DNA of 61,823 nucleotides, counting the filler, from Basidiobolus ranarum (taxonomy: Eukaryota): NCBI GenBank assembly GCA_040143965.1. It is 4 parts of 4 records of this genome, joined end to end, with 100 filler letters (N's around TTAATTAATTAA, not from the genome) between each part and the next. Parts side by side here need not be neighbours in the genome. Positions count along the whole stretch, not along the records: positions 1 to 15,433 come from JASJQH010000379.1; positions 15,534 to 30,933 come from JASJQH010000380.1; 2 more parts are not named here. The stretch is one strand, 5' to 3'. Position numbers and translations under genes: made by a program. Positions 13,724 to 28,195 of this stretch are shown here, in pieces. The notes under the pieces are model-generated. The model had not been told where the DNA came from. It did not search any database and was given only the letters and a program-made list of their open reading frames with translations. Each line of letters begins with the position of its first letter. Position 1 is the stretch's first letter.

Positions 13724-13973
13724 AATAAAAAACGATCATCAGCAAAAGAGATCAAACTCATGGTCTTACATTATTTAAAGATCAGATTTTGAAATGAAAC
13801 GAATAGTGGATAGCAAATCTCAAGATTCTACAAAGTCGCTGTTAAAATAATTGTTTACTCATATTTACTTCAAACCTGCGGAATTAAAATCATCATGGTT
13901 TTACAACTTGATATAACCTAGGTGGATTTTGTATGGCTGGACTTCATTCTCTATTTCTCAGTCAATAGTTCAT

Positions 13974-14249
13974 ATGTTTGGAAAACTTGTTCACTACACC
14001 GCAGATGCCGTATTAGTAAGTGCCATGTTGGCTGGAATCAAAAGATCTACTGGTTTAACGTAAGGATGATTCGCATTAACACTAATGATCTTCTCTGATA
14101 ATAATTTATTATTTAGTCTAGCAGTGGATAAGATAGAAAACCAAGAAGTACGTAATGTTGTGGTTAAAGTTCTAAATGTAGGGGAATGGGTATTTGATCA
14201 GACTGTACTCTTAATGAACATTTCCTCTTATTTTGAACGCAGACGTTAA
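13974..14249 (+). CDS. Small DUF1748-family fungal protein (~72 aa, 2 exons); absent from the ORF track
   Basis: MFGKLVHYTADAVLVSAMLAGIKRSTGL|..VLNVGEWVFDQ..SYFERRR; one GT-AG intron at about 14060-14116. Confidence 0.85.
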
Positions 14250-15433
14250 CAAATACTCGATACATTCTAAAACTTCATTCTATACAAAGCAAAGACTACT
14301 TCTATGTTAGATACACATAAAGCTGTCTTCATTTTCATTTGTTGTACAACTGTCTAATCTCCACTTTATTTCGTTTTTTGCAAGTTCTATGGAATTTTGT
14401 TTGCCTAGCAAAAGATACTCGGGATATTATCCACAATAAATGTAGAGTATCTATTTGGTTCCTTTGACAAGTATCACTCTAAATACTTTTTACCATTCAG
14501 ATCAATTGATTTGAAATAGGCCTAGTTCACTTGATGATCGGCTATGAAGCAGCTTTCTATATTTGTAACGACAACTGTATTTGAAGCATATATCATAGGC
14601 AAAGCCCGAGCTTAAATGAAAAGCGATGGTTGCCCTTTGGCATTTATTTATATTCCTATTAAGTATCTCAGTATTAGCTACCTTATGTGCATATTGAATA
14701 GCGAACTCTGTTTTTTGACTTGTGAATAGATGCAGCCATATTGCTTGTATTTGCTTTGCCCATATAGTTTGATAGTTTCAGTAGAAATCAATTGACATGA
14801 ATTTAGATATCCAGAGAAAGAGTTGAATAGCTCAGCAGTCAAAGGGAAGACGTGAATATTCACAACATTGTAAATACCGCCATTAAGTAGGAGTAACCCG
14901 AGTCAACACAAAACTTTGATATAAAATACAGATGCATTCTATGATTGAAGTTACTTTGACTTACACATACTGTTATGGCTGCTACGAACTTGAAGATTTG
15001 GTTCAATACACTGCCAATGTATCTTCAAAATACTTCAGAAGACTCTGGGCTACACTCCAATGTGGAGAATAAATCAAGTCTAATCTATAATTAGCATTTA
15101 CAAGGACAACCCATTTTTGAAACCATAATTATCTCGGTGGCATATCCACGGTTTTGTATCTAAACAGAGATCAAACTGTGGTTTGAGGCCATTAAATGAA
15201 GTTGTGGACAGGCACGTGATCTCCACACTTTTCCTATTGGACTTGTTCCCTCTGATTTTTGAGTATGAGCAGGTAGGCAAAATAGTTTGTATTTTGTAGC
15301 AAAGAAGCCTCTCCTACATGGCTCTGATTGTTCTCGATTAGAACCAAGTTAATGAGTCGTTCCAGAGACATCATTATTGGGACTCCATGGCATTTATGTT
15401 GTTTCTTTCAAAGTGCATAACATGGGCAACTAG

Positions 15434-15533
15434 NNNNNNNNNNNNNNNNNNNNNNNNNNNNNNNNNNNNNNNNNNNNTTAATTAATTAANNNNNNNNNNN
15501 NNNNNNNNNNNNNNNNNNNNNNNNNNNNNNNNN
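15434..15533. other. Artificial contig linker
   Basis: N44-TTAATTAATTAA-N44; stop codons in all six frames. Confidence 0.98.
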
Positions 15534-16266
15534 CAAACTCACTGGTACTTACGCTCCCAGACCCTCCAGTGGCCCCCACAAGCTCCGTGAATGCTTGCCT
15601 TTGGTTATCTTTTTGAGAAACAGACTCAAGTATGCCCTTACCAAGAAGGAAGTTCAAAGCATTCTTATGCAACGTCTTGTTAAAGTTGACGGAAAGGTCA
15701 GAACTGATACCACTTATCCTTCCGGATTTATGGATGTTATCAGCATAGATCAGACCGGTGAACATTTCCGTCTTGTCTATGACACCAAGGGTCGCTTCAC
15801 TGTCCACAGAATTTCTGCTGAAGAAGCTGGTTACAAACTGTGCAAGGTCAAGAAGGTACAAATCGGTGCCAAAGGAATTCCTTTTGTCATCACCCACGAT
15901 GGTCGTACCCTTCGTTACCCTGATCCTCTCGTCAAGGCTAACGATACCGTTAAGCTTGACCTTGAGACTGGTAAAATGACTGAATTCATCAAGTTCGATA
16001 TTGGCAATGTTGCCATGATCACCGGTGGACGCAATATGGGTCGTGTCGGTATCATCACTCACCGTGAGAAGCATCATGGTGGTTTCGACATCGTCCACGT
16101 TAAGGATGTTTTGGACCGTCAATTTGCTACCCGTATGTCTAACGTATTTGTTGTTGGTCAAGGTAATAAGCCTTGGATCAGTTTACCTAAGAATAAGGGC
16201 GTCAAGCTCACTATTACTGAGGAGCGTGACCGCAGAAGAGAAAAGCAATTGGCTGGTTCTGCCTAA
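15534..16266 (+). CDS. RPS4: 40S ribosomal protein S4 (eS4), 5'-truncated by the contig start
   Basis: [68 protein letters not shown]. Confidence 0.98.
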
Positions 16267-16675
16267 CTTACATGTTATATTCAACCTAAAATAAATACTT
16301 TCTTTTTGGTTAAATTGAATCCCATTTTATTTCGTCTGTCTCAATACATCCTCTTTCTCAGGAGAGATTCTACTAAGCATGGCACCCAGGTGCAAGTTAT
16401 GCCAAATCTTTACTTATTAAGGATCGTATGTTTTCTAGGGAAGGAGTAATTCACTGAATGATTTTGATTCTTCGAAATTCGTGAGTTGTTTAATCACAAT
16501 GCTTAACTTGTGACTACGTAAATAGGCATCCATGCTAAGCTAATCTCTACCTAATTATTGGTAGCACCCCAAATTTAATTTTTGCACCCGAGTTACGTTA
16601 TCGTTAAGTTGGATATTGGAGAGCAAAACAATATAGATAACTCAGCTTTTCGACTACATCTATAGCGCCATCATA

Positions 16676-17923
16676 ATGTCTTTCCACGAAGCAGATGAAA
16701 CAGAACTCAGCATTGAGCAGAAGATCAAGATTGCCTCTGGCTTCCTATTAGCAAGTCCACCTGGCGAAGTGAATGATGTCTTCAATGGTACATATTTTAC
16801 TTTCTGAAGAGATAGCTGTTAATATTCATCATGCTATATTGCTTTCTTATTTCTTTGTAGATATCAGAAGCTTGATTGACGATGATGAAGTACTTGTTGA
16901 GGGTATTATTGATACTTTAAGGGAATACAATACTGAGCAGTTTGTCACTGTCACTCTTCCTGAACATGAGCGTGAAGTAAATATTGTGATTTTTATTCGA
17001 TAAAATAACCTGTATTAACGTGCTTTTATTGTCAGGTCATCATTTGCAAGGCTGGAGAAGTTGATGAAGTTCACTATCTGGATCCTCACTCCAAGCAAGT
17101 GTTCAAGTTCGATCATCTACGCCAGGTATTGTTGAGCGTTCATCTTGGAAGAAGCTGTCATTATATTAAGCCCTGTAATTCTGTAGAGCGCCACCGAGTT
17201 CGAAGACCACACTCCAGACGAAGAGATGGAACCTTTCAGGTATTTCATTTTGAAACATTGAATTGATATTTGTCAGCCTGCTCATCCATCTTGTCTCGGT
17301 CACTAGAGCTGCTTTAGAGGAAGCCATTGATGCTTACTGCGCCGATCATTATCCTAATGGAGCTTCATCAGTCTTCAGCTCCGGAAGAACCTTGACAATT
17401 GTCATTGTTGATAACAAATATAATCAAGCCAATTTTTGGTAACTGTTCACTCCAATTATATGAAATCAAGTACTTTACTTACCTGTTAATTCTTCATTAA
17501 AAGGAACGGAAGATGGCGTTCTTTGTGGACTTTGGATTTAGATTCCAATGAATTGAAGGGTGCTTTGAAGGTTCAGGTTCACTACTTCGAGGATGGTAAC
17601 GTTCAACTGAACTCTTCTAAAGATGTGACAATCGAAATCAATGCCGGCTCGGTAAGTGAGCAGTCAGGAAACCGTAGTCAAGATGTAAATAATATTAACT
17701 TTACATTCTACTACATTAGAACCCTGGTTTGATTAGCAACCTTGCCATTAAAAAGATCACCAAGGCTGAAAGCGAGTTCCAAGAAGGCATGAACAACGGT
17801 TATAACCAGCTCTCTGAAAGTACATTCAAAGGTCTCAGAAGAGCTTTACCAGTAACTAGAAGCAAGATTGACTGGGACAAAATGATGAATTACAAGATTG
17901 GCTCGGAATTGGCCTCCAAATAA
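16676..17923 (+). CDS. CAP1: F-actin capping protein alpha subunit, multi-exon
   Basis: [58 protein letters not shown]; short GT-AG introns. Confidence 0.96.
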
Positions 17924-18994
17924 TTCTAGTTTCTACGGCATAAATGAAGGGAACCTCTTGTTCATCACACTCATTATTTTTCACCTTCTTACAGTCAACC
18001 AGCGACTCTTGGTTTGCCGACTTTTTCCTTCTTTTCAAAGTGTATCACCTCACAAATAAATTTCACATTTATTAATTATTGAAGGATTAGTGAAATTTCA
18101 CATTCTGTTTGGTGTTTTAATATTAGATTGAACTCAACCAGTATTACCAACGTTCATATGATCAAATCCTGACTCTCCACAATCCAAAGAAATAAATTGA
18201 TTAATCGAGGTAGAAAATATCTATCCTGATATACAAGAAATAAGGTCAATTTATGAAAAATACCAGTAATTTTAGGTCAATAGAATCCATTTACCTTCCA
18301 AACTCGCCAGTGCCTAAACCACACCCTATTCAGTAACACGAATTATTATAATGTGCATTTTGAACTCTTTATTGTAGTCATCTAAAGCTGCATACTAAGT
18401 TAAATACAATCATAGATGGGCTTATATATTACCATTTTCATATGCCCGAAAAACTGAAACAAGTGAACGAAGAAAATGCGAATAACTCGCACAACTTCTC
18501 AGGAGAATATATTTTCATGTATATACCTAGATTGTAACTATACATCAAAGATGAAATTACGAATTGACACTACTTGCTTTCCATCTCGTATTGCTCACAC
18601 ACTCTGCTATGTTGATATCTTAGAGATACCTTGCATTAAATAACAATAGCAACCAGGTTTTTCTCGCGAATCTTGTCCATTGAACATCGACGAGCCTAGT
18701 AATCGTCTGTTTAATACACGTGTCACGGTCATTGTGCTTCAGCTCATGGATAAAGTTATTCTTGATGTTTCGTTCGTTTTGCCATTCAAAGCAATACCAC
18801 CACCTCTATCACTCGATTAGTGATGCGTACTGAGTGATGATTGTAAGCTAATTTTATTGAGGTTTACCGCTTACACTCTTTACAGACTTGATTTCCATTG
18901 AATCATTCCAAAATTTTCGATATATTATCAAACTTTAGTCTAAATATTATCTAAAAACAAGAGTTGACAATAGACAGTAGGGAGTTTGAAAATA

Positions 18995-20188
18995 TCAAGG
19001 ATTGAATAAATCAGTAGTCATTTGAAATTGATTGATTAGCGCATTAGAGAGTAGCTTGCTATCTCCCTCCAACTCAGATGATAAAGATACTGGTGTGTGT
19101 TGTCGTAATTGAATACCGGCTTCGCAAAACATTTCGGCGGTTTTCTCGTCCATACCATAGGCCTGAGAATAAACTACTTCTTTCACACCGACCTGAACAA
19201 TCTTCTTAGCGCACCCTACAAATGTCAACAGTTTAATTCTTCATCTTAAAAGGACAATTAATATTCCAGAATATCTTTACCTAAACAAGGGCAGGTATTG
19301 CAATAAAGAATAGCATGACCAGGGCCCTCTAAGCGCTCACGACCAGCCTCAAGCAGGGCGTTTTCTTCTGCGTGTAAACAAAGACAAGTGCCTAGATCAA
19401 CTCCGCATTTAGCTCCTTCGTTACATCTCTCGCAACCTCCATCATTACAATTCTTCAAATTACGAGGTTTTCCATTGTATCCAGTTGAGATAACTCGATT
19501 ATTCTTCACTAGAATACACCCAACCCGACGCTTCATACAATTAGCACGACGTGCTGCAAGTTCTGAGAGAAGCATGAAATATGTATCCCACGAAGGTCTT
19601 AGTCGGTCAGGATTAATCATATCCAACGAATCTAAGTGCTTGTGTAACTCTTCAGTATTGTCGAATGGGTTGAGAATAGACAGCTCTGCAAGTTTTGCTT
19701 GCTTATATACTGGGACAGTTATATTTGACTCATCAGAGGTTTTCTTGGAGTGATACATGAGTGCATCACTTTCAAGCACGAAGTTTGCTAACCTAGAAGG
19801 ATCGTTATTCTCAAGCATGTTCTTATTGAGCCATCTGTGGTATCTGACTAATAATGGCGCGTCGACAGCGACTAATAAGAAGAATGGGCGCTTTCTATTG
19901 AATGTATGAGAATGGTGAACTTGATGAACTATAAACAGTAGAAGAAGGAACAAACCTGTATAAACTTAATTCTTTGACTGTTGCTATATGACAAATTACA
20001 TAGTTTGAACGCCAGTTTTTGGTCGTAAACTCTTGAATTTCTTTGGCAGTATTGAAAGTCATCGCATCAAACTCTTTCGCGCGAGGGTCGATATCAAGAG
20101 TAACATACTGGAAATTATGATGATCAATGAGATACCTAGCGATTGTGTGTTTTCCGCTGTAAAGAGATCCTGTAAGTCCTATGAACAT
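18995..20188 (-). CDS. DCD1: dCMP deaminase with an N-terminal P-loop kinase-like domain; 3 exons
   Basis: RPSWDTYFM, RANCMKRRVG, TGYNG, CLHAEENA, spliced PCLGC; N-terminus MFIGLTGSLYSGKHT. Confidence 0.95.
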
Positions 20189-22433
20189 GTTGGTAACCAA
20201 GTAGACTGTGCAAGCTACGATAAATGAGGATCAAATGAAGTGAACCATTAAAAAGCTTGACTCGTAAGTGTGAATGTTTTGAAACTAATCAAATATACCT
20301 CATATATGAGTGATCGATTGGTTTAAATTGGATAAGGTGTGTAAATAAAATATTTGGTAAATCTAGAGCCATGACGCAAATGGTGAAGGAATGTTTATTA
20401 GCATAGGGGTGGTGTGGTATGTATTTCCTATTGAACGCATTCATTGGTTAAAAAGAAAACCTTCCTTTCGCCAATTAAAATCATTATAAACTAACGATGG
20501 GCTTTCATTCGTTTGGAGTGGCTATCAAATTCGGAATATGACACGTACCAAGTGACAACCCTACAATATACTGGTGGTTGAGAAGAAACGGTAACCTTGA
20601 TCTAACCCCGTGAAGAGCTTTTGTGAGTTTACCAAGCTAACTCTTGGCAGAAAAGCCACCATCAAATCGCAAATATAGAGTCATGAAGGTTAACTGTGGC
20701 TGCACTTTACGTTTTGCTCATGCGAGGGGTAGTGGAATAAAATGGCCATTTAACCGCTAATATATGTATAATATAAGGGGAAATATATATTGTGTTTTGT
20801 ACTCATTGAGGAGATAGAGGCGAGGCTAGCCAAACAGTTTTGGTATGAGGGATGCTTTCATCTAAGGGAAAGGCTACATTTAATAACAATAAATCACAAT
20901 GGATTATGCACGATAGCTTATAAACACCTGGGGAGAATTCTCTGTCAGCACCGGTATCGAACAACAAAAACTTAAGTTAAAGATTGACTCTGTAGGGTAT
21001 TTGGGAGGGGAGAGTACTTTGAGCACTGAGAAAGAGATACAAAGCACATTCATGATTGCGCAAGTTTGTAGTGTAATAAATGGCATCCTAATCTTGTTCG
21101 ACTCTGAACAACATTCTTCATCAAGTTTCCGTAGATATAATTGTATGTCCACAAATTTTTAGCTCTTTTGTGATCCCATTCACGACTTCGCAAACGTAAT
21201 TGGTAGAGGTGCTAATGCTAGCATCATAATTATAAATGCGAACATGCTTAAAATAAGTTCGATGATGAAAGATAATCAACTTGCGCGATAAGATATTTAC
21301 TGATTATATGGATTTCTGAGAGATACGATCTCTATGATTACATAATTCCAAAACAGTGTTTTCGATCAGCAAATTGATTGGTTTCAAGATAACTGTATTC
21401 AGAGACAACAGTACTGTTTTCAAATCGATCAGACCTCAGCTGCTAAAGTAATCCTTCAGCCGGGGTAGAGAAAGGGCGTAATTCATTACCCGAAAAGGAT
21501 ACATTTTTCAAGAAAACGAGGAACATGAAGCAGACTGAAGATCCAGTGCTAGTATAGTTACTGTTGAATGTTTATAAAACTTCAGCCACGGTAGTTCGAA
21601 AATACATATGAAGCTAAGGTGAAAGAACAACACTAGAAACCGCCAGTCGACCTCCCAACAAGTCCAGAAGTTCTGTCACTTCTACATGGAGGTGGTTCCT
21701 CAATACTCCTGGCTCTCGTTGCATCAACGAACTTGCAAATACCTCGATATTCGTGTTTAATTTCTTCATCCAGAGTATGTGGCCATAATGCTCTTCTCTT
21801 AGTATATTTCATTTTGTTGGACCTCATTACCATGGAGCCTTGGATGGTGCAGCCATTTTTACTACCAATCCAAGTTGTATTCTCTGCCCTGTAGCTTAGA
21901 ACCTAGACTGAGAGTGAGAGTCTTATGGTTACTGTGGCGTGGGCTTTTCTGTTGATTTCGATGTGAACTAAAATCTTTCAATTCCGTGGAGTCACTTAAA
22001 GATGGATCCCTGGCACATCCAGGTCTACATGTGTTATAACAGTCATCTTAGATTCTAGTTGAACATCTGAAACTTGGAAGATACACAATCTTGTTCAATT
22101 GCGTAGAATAAGCTACAGATGAGATGAGAGCTATCCAATACCGAGCTTGGTGTATCATACTGTATCCCTAAATAGTTTTCCAGATTGTGAGTTTGATTGG
22201 TGGAGTGTGACGGTGAATAGTAAATTCATGATTTGGCTGTTTTTGTGAGTTACCATCCATCTATGTGTTATCTTCACGCTGAAATAGTATCTGTCGCTTC
22301 TTAATAAATATGAGATCCAATACTTTTGGATTGAAGTCACCTGATGATCGATGGTTTGCTTTCCCAGTCCGTTTTTATATAATTATCTCTTTCCGTTCCT
22401 CTCCGACTCCCCTTTTTTGTATCTCTTCCGGTC

Positions 22434-23957
22434 ATGGCTCAGGTCATTTCTTCGTCTTTAACTTCGTCAAACAACGCTTACAGTCCTAGCTCCCTCTCCG
22501 ACCACAACCAAAACACTCTCAATAGCCATGTATCTTCCCATAACAACCAAGAATTAGACACCCCCTTAGAGCAACAAGCCCAAAGAAAGAAAAAAAAGGC
22601 TACTCGTGCGTGCTTTCACTGTCAAAAGGCCCATTTAACTTGCGACGATTGTAAATTTCTTCGGTTCTTTACTAAGTTTAAAAGAGACATTCTTTGATTT
22701 TTCTAACGATAATACGGTGCTTTTTTAGCTCGTCCTTGTCAACGTTGTATCAAACGGAACCTAGCCAGTTCTTGTAAAGATGGTGTACGAAAGAAGGCAA
22801 AATATCTTCAAGATGCTTATGAAGAAAGTCCAGAGCCTGGTTTGTAATGCCCTCCACTCTAAAGTGCTTTATAAACTCCCCTAATATTTTTATATTGCAC
22901 AGTTGTAAATGATAACTTGACTTCTAACGGGATATTTAATAATTATCCTATGAAACAGAATCACGGCTTCGACTCTGAGGCTTTGAATTTAGAATATTCA
23001 ATGCTTAGTACCATGCTCACTAACCCTAATCCAACCGGTATTCCTGATCCAACGACATGGGCGACAGTCAGTGATATCCCCACACATAATCTGCTAGCTA
23101 TTAGTAATATGATGCAAAGAAGTCCCACAATGATCAATACAGTACCTGCTATAAGTGCGATATATCACAACCCTACTACTCCTTTCAATTACACGGAAGG
23201 TTTTCATTATCTTTTAAGATATATTAGAGAAAGGTAAGAGAAAGGTCAATTCTGCAGTTTCTTTAGCCATGCGCTAATAATCAATCTATCAAAAGGATGG
23301 ACAAAGACGCCATCATGCGGATATGTAAAGCCATGGCTCTATTCAGACCCTCTTTCATTATTCTCATCAAAAACTTAACAGAAGAGGACCTGATATTTAT
23401 GGAAAAAAGTTTTCAACGTATCACTTTGGTATGTAGTTTTAGTTTCTTCCAAGGTTAAGCTTGATATTCAAGGCAAGTGTGCATTAGGAGTTCGAGAAAT
23501 TGATAAGTTTTTCGGGAACACCGACTATTTTGTGGAGACGGACAGGCCAAATAGCTCTAGTTGGAAAAGAATTTTCTTTGTTGACGCAATGGTCTAAGGA
23601 AGACCTCTTGGGCAAGCCCACCTACATTTACGAGGTATTAATCATTTATCCTAAAGTTGAGGTAACTTGTAGATTTCTAATTGATCTGATTCAGTTGATG
23701 GATAATGATTCAGCCGTTAATTACTGGGAAAAGTTTGCCACTCATGCTTTTGACAACTCTGAACAGTCAGTTATGACCAAATGCACATTGATAAGCTCCT
23801 CTGGACGTTCTGTTCCGTGCACCTTTTGCTTTACCTTTAAGCGGGACATCTTTGATATTCCATTAGCTATCGTCGGCAATGTAAGTCAAGTTATTCATGG
23901 AAATTTTCATACCGTAAGGTACTAACACAGACTTAGTTCTTACCAATTCTTGGATGA
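22434..23957 (+). CDS. ERT1: Zn(2)Cys(6) gluconeogenic transcription factor with C-terminal PAS-like domain (Ert1/AcuK type)
   Basis: [84 protein letters not shown]. Confidence 0.9.
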
Positions 23958-24493
23958 GCTTGATCCCATGATATAGTTAATAACGGTAGACAACTGTCAG
24001 GTACAGGCTGCGAGAGTTCACTTTTTTCCATGTCGATCCGTAGCGTAGCTCAATACTCGAATTATGCAAGATTTCTCTGTATCTGTTTCCATCTAGCTTT
24101 TAGTTTCCCGAGTGACTCTCTGTGATAGATCTGTTAAGTTACGAGAATATATATATATACATGTTTACGATTTCAATCTTGAGTATTTTAAATACACGCG
24201 CAAGTGTCATTTCCTCGTCTGAGGTGCTGAATAGATTATCGCCGTTTCTTGAATTAAATATTCCCGGTGAAAGAGCAATCATTTTGTGATTTAACTCGAT
24301 CAGCTTCACTAGCATCCGTTCTCTTGATGCACTTCACAAGAACTTGTTCATAATATATAAGATAGTTCGCTTTAAGACGAAATCTTTGGTATTTATTAGT
24401 CCATGATTAATTTGATCTATATATGAAATAATTACAATTTGCAAGACGTCAACGTATACAATATTACTAGATGAAGGTAAAATTCCTTCCAAT

Positions 24494-25000
24494 CTATTGT
24501 CCATTTTCTGAGATTTCTCCAAGATGTACAGTCTGTGGTGGTGTCAAATAAACCTCGGGGCTCTTTTCTACTACGTCGAAGCTAGAGATTTCCTCCTTAT
24601 AACAAGGCAAATGAGGAACTTTATGGTCATTTTTAGAGTTCAAATTGCAGGCTTCTTTCGGTAGAGTAAGGCTCGCTTGTTTCCCATTAAGTCCAGTGGA
24701 GGTTTTGTTTATTTGTATCTTTCGTCTCTTTTGACGTAGCAGCTGGACAGTGTACCCGGCAATCATGAAGAAAACTATGCCCGCAATCAGACTGAGTAGG
24801 ATGAGCAAGGCCAAAATCAAGGCTCTACTTATGCTAGTTTGGTCGTAGATAATGGTGGAGGTTGCTGAGTCGACGTGGGCGACTACAAAAGGAATTCCTT
24901 CTTCTGGCATCATTTCCACGGGGATTCCGTGAACAATTGGCAAGACAAGAAGACCTATTGGTATCAGAGCACCATTCGTTACTTGCTTTAATAGAGTCAT
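24494..25000 (-). CDS. Hypothetical single-pass membrane protein (~168 aa)
   Basis: Intronless ORF with a hydrophobic N-terminus (signal peptide-like), a long hydrophobic helix (ALILALLILLSLIAGIVFFMIAGY) and a basic stop-transfer RQKRRK. Confidence 0.65.
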   Translation of the reverse strand: MTLLKQVTNGALIPIGLLVLPIVHGIPVEMMPEEGIPFVVAHVDSATSTIIYDQTSISRALILALLILLSLIAGIVFFMIAGYTVQLLRQKRRKIQINKTSTGLNGKQASLTLPKEACNLNSKNDHKVPHLPCYKEEISSFDVVEKSPEVYLTPPQTVHLGEISENGQ

Positions 25001-26393
25001 CTTTATCAATTGGAATCAATATCAGTATATCGAATCATAATACCGTCTTTTCTAAGCTTTATATACCAAACTATCGGAGGGAAAGTGGGTATTATACAAA
25101 GAATTAACGGTCATATTAGAACTATTTTTAGAATTCATTTTGAGTGGATTTTGGTTCATAAAATACTAATCCATTGATCATCGAACAAAGTGAACGAGAT
25201 TTGGAATTTAAAATGAATAGAACGAATAGCATACAATGAATAATGGATTTTCGGAAGTCTTATTGTCAAGGTAAAATGATGATCACATATTGATTAGTAT
25301 CTTCATCAATGTGGTTGTATGAATTGGAGTATGCCTGGGAATAACGGACGTTTAATGCCAACTCTATCTTTAGAATTTTAGGTGAAAATAGAGAGAAATA
25401 TATGATATACATGTGTGTGGATTTCAGAGTAGAGCTCTGGCTTGTCAAGAAAGGATTCTAGATGATCTGTCGTAGAAATGAAAACATGATGCTCCTATAT
25501 GGCCCGGAGGGGAGCGGGTTGCGAAGTCTGGATGCCACCTAATCTTGTTGATTTAGCTGTGTACCAGGGTTCCGTACACAAAGTATCGTATTGTTACTCA
25601 ATAGCTCCCAGGTCTACCAACAAAACTACATCCTCGGAGTTGGGAAAATATAAAGTTGTTCATTTATTGAAGCTCCGTCCGAGTTCTTGAAGGCAATGGC
25701 TTACGTGCTAGGAAAATTTTATTGTTAAGGCTTTGAGATTCTATTAGAAACACTGGTTAAGGTTCTGCACTAGCACCACTTATTTGGATATTGAGAGCCC
25801 CGTAAAAAACCAGACATCCGCTGTTGGATATATGTTTATCCGAGATGATGTGAACTAGTGTGTACATACTGTGATCTGTAAAATATTCTACCGCCACAAA
25901 GTTTATTCCTATTTATGAACTGATGTAAGGAACTAGAGAGAACATATCGCGAACATGAAGACGGTCTCTTGAAAAGTAGTAAGAACCGACTAAATGATCA
26001 CAAGGACTTATCGATTGAGAGGTTATAACTGAGAAAAATTCAAGAGTAACATATCCTCAACGGTGTTATATGTAACTGATGCAGATACTGAAACGAGAGA
26101 CCAACATAATACCAACAAGATGATGGTTTGAAGACGCAACACCTATGGAAATCAGCCCATGAGGCAAATCGATAAAGTGTTGTATCAAATGTAGCACTAA
26201 GGACATGAATAGAAGACTGGTGAATTTAAGACATTATATATACACGACATGAGCTATGCTATGACATAGCTATTGAGAAATGAGAAAACAATGATTCAGG
26301 AATGAACAAGTCACGAGTATAACTAGATCTTAAGTACTGGACAGTAAGGTTCCTTAGTTATGGGTGACATTCCTACCCTCTTTTACTTTCGTT

Positions 26394-28195
26394 CTAATTG
26401 TCTTTATCCCCAGGTCCCATTGGAGTCGCAGACATAGAAGATCCTCTTCGATTACGTGCTCCGGTTGGTGGCTTTGCTTTCTTCGCTTTAGGCGATCCTT
26501 GCTGACTATTCGCGCGCTTCTTCTTGTGGGAATCTCGATCGGCCGCGAACGTAGCTTTGTGTTTGCCTAAGATGGGGATTAGTATTGATTTCTCGTGTTG
26601 AGGTAATTACGATATAGGTTACCCAACACTGGTGAAGGTACGTGAGTAACGCGGGGCGACGTCAAGCTTGGAGATGGAGATAGCTCGTACCGAATATCAG
26701 ATGCACCAGAGTTGATGTTGTGACTAGATTGCAGTGCAGGTTGCTTATAAATACTGGAAGGTGATGGAAAAGGAACCCCTGGTATCCCCTCCATCATTTG
26801 CTTGAGAATTGCATGGGAGGGAACAGGTGATTGTATAGGTGTACTACCCTGTCGAATATATCGAGCGGTTTCGGCGTAGTGCTGCAGAGATTCTAACTCG
26901 AAAATCAGTAAGATCATCGATGTATATATCAAATCAATACGTACGGATTGGCCCCGAATTCGACTGTAAGCTGAAGGAAATCAACTCTCGCATATGGCAT
27001 ATTACTTCGGATATCTAAATTTTCGAATTAATACGAATCAAACGAATCGTACTTTCATTGCTTGTACCTCCAAACACCTCATAGCTTTGGGGGGAACCCC
27101 ATATTCATTGACTGGGGTCTCTGGTAGGTCTAGTACTGCTTCATTAGTAGATCCCCCCTTACTATCTTGATTATGAGTGTAAAGGAGAGGATTTGGTAAA
27201 AGCGACCTTGGAATAAGCTCGTTGTGCTGACTAGTATGGAACTCCAGCTGTTCAATTTTAAGTTGTGGTGTAAACGTTCCCTTCAGTATTCCATTGGCGG
27301 TAATCTTTGAGAAGGTAATGGTATTTGCATTGCTTTTCGAGATAAAGTCTTTACAAAAGGCTACTAGCTTACTTGAATCCCACTATTGAAATGGTAAATG
27401 AAAGAGGTTCTTGAACACTCCACAACATGAGAGCCAGTGGGAAGAACAAATTCCCGAGGGTTTTTCATCAACAGATTAATTCCAGTTACACCTGACTCGA
27501 AATTAACAACATAATATCGAGGGAGAAGAGAAGCAGACAATTCTGGATGGAGAATAGATTTAGCCATTTGCAATTGTTCATCAGAACGAGAATTCAATCG
27601 AATCTTACCAAAGCTACGAGTGTCTTTGAACTGAATATTCCGAATGGTGTACTTCATACTACCGGTCTCCACATAGAAATTCTGGATAAATTTACGCCAT
27701 TGTTCGATATCCAATTTATCTGACTAAAAATCACGCATGGAAGTAAGTATTACGCCTAGACCAAAAAGGTATGTATATTCGATTACTTCCGGACGTGGTG
27801 CTAGAAACTCCCCATATTGAATCAATTTGTATACCGCAGCTCCAGTAGGGCCAGCTATCAAATTCCTATGCACACAGTTAAACATATCTTAAAATTGAAC
27901 TTGTAACGGCAAAGGTTGAAATATTTCATTACGTTATTTGTGAGGCCGGAGGGCCCATAGGTAAATTCGCAGGGACAGAAGAGGCTCGGGAACTTGTCGA
28001 GCCAGTATCACTTACTTCTGGAAGATTCGAACCTGAGATTGGCAGAGGGCCGGCATTGTCACTTGGTTGAGGTATCCCTGTATTGTCAAGAGGTCGACCA
28101 TTTGTAACCGTATGCTTAGGCGAGATGAAGCTCTCTGGTCGCATACTAGCCGGATTATTAACAAACATATGAGATGACTGTTTTTGTTGTTGCAT
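26394..28195 (-). CDS. LIM-domain-binding (LIM_bind) transcriptional co-regulator, Mfg1/PtaB/Adn1-like
   Basis: DIEQWRKFIQNFY, FELSASLLPRYY..FESGV, KIEQLEFHTSQHNELIPR, PVNEYGVPPKAMRCLEISEVICHMRELISFS; basic NLS-like C-terminus. Confidence 0.85.

Noticed and set aside
15478..16161. 227-aa antisense ORF over RPS4 (likewise 57729-58172 over RPS5, and ORFs overlapping DCD1, PEX11 and PUB1)
   Set aside because: Shadow ORFs produced by the codon bias of the real genes; no independent motifs.
21493..21501. Perfect U12-type donor GTATCCTTT on the minus strand
   Set aside because: No CCTTAAC branch point downstream and no coherent host gene; I could not build a gene model in 20900-22300.
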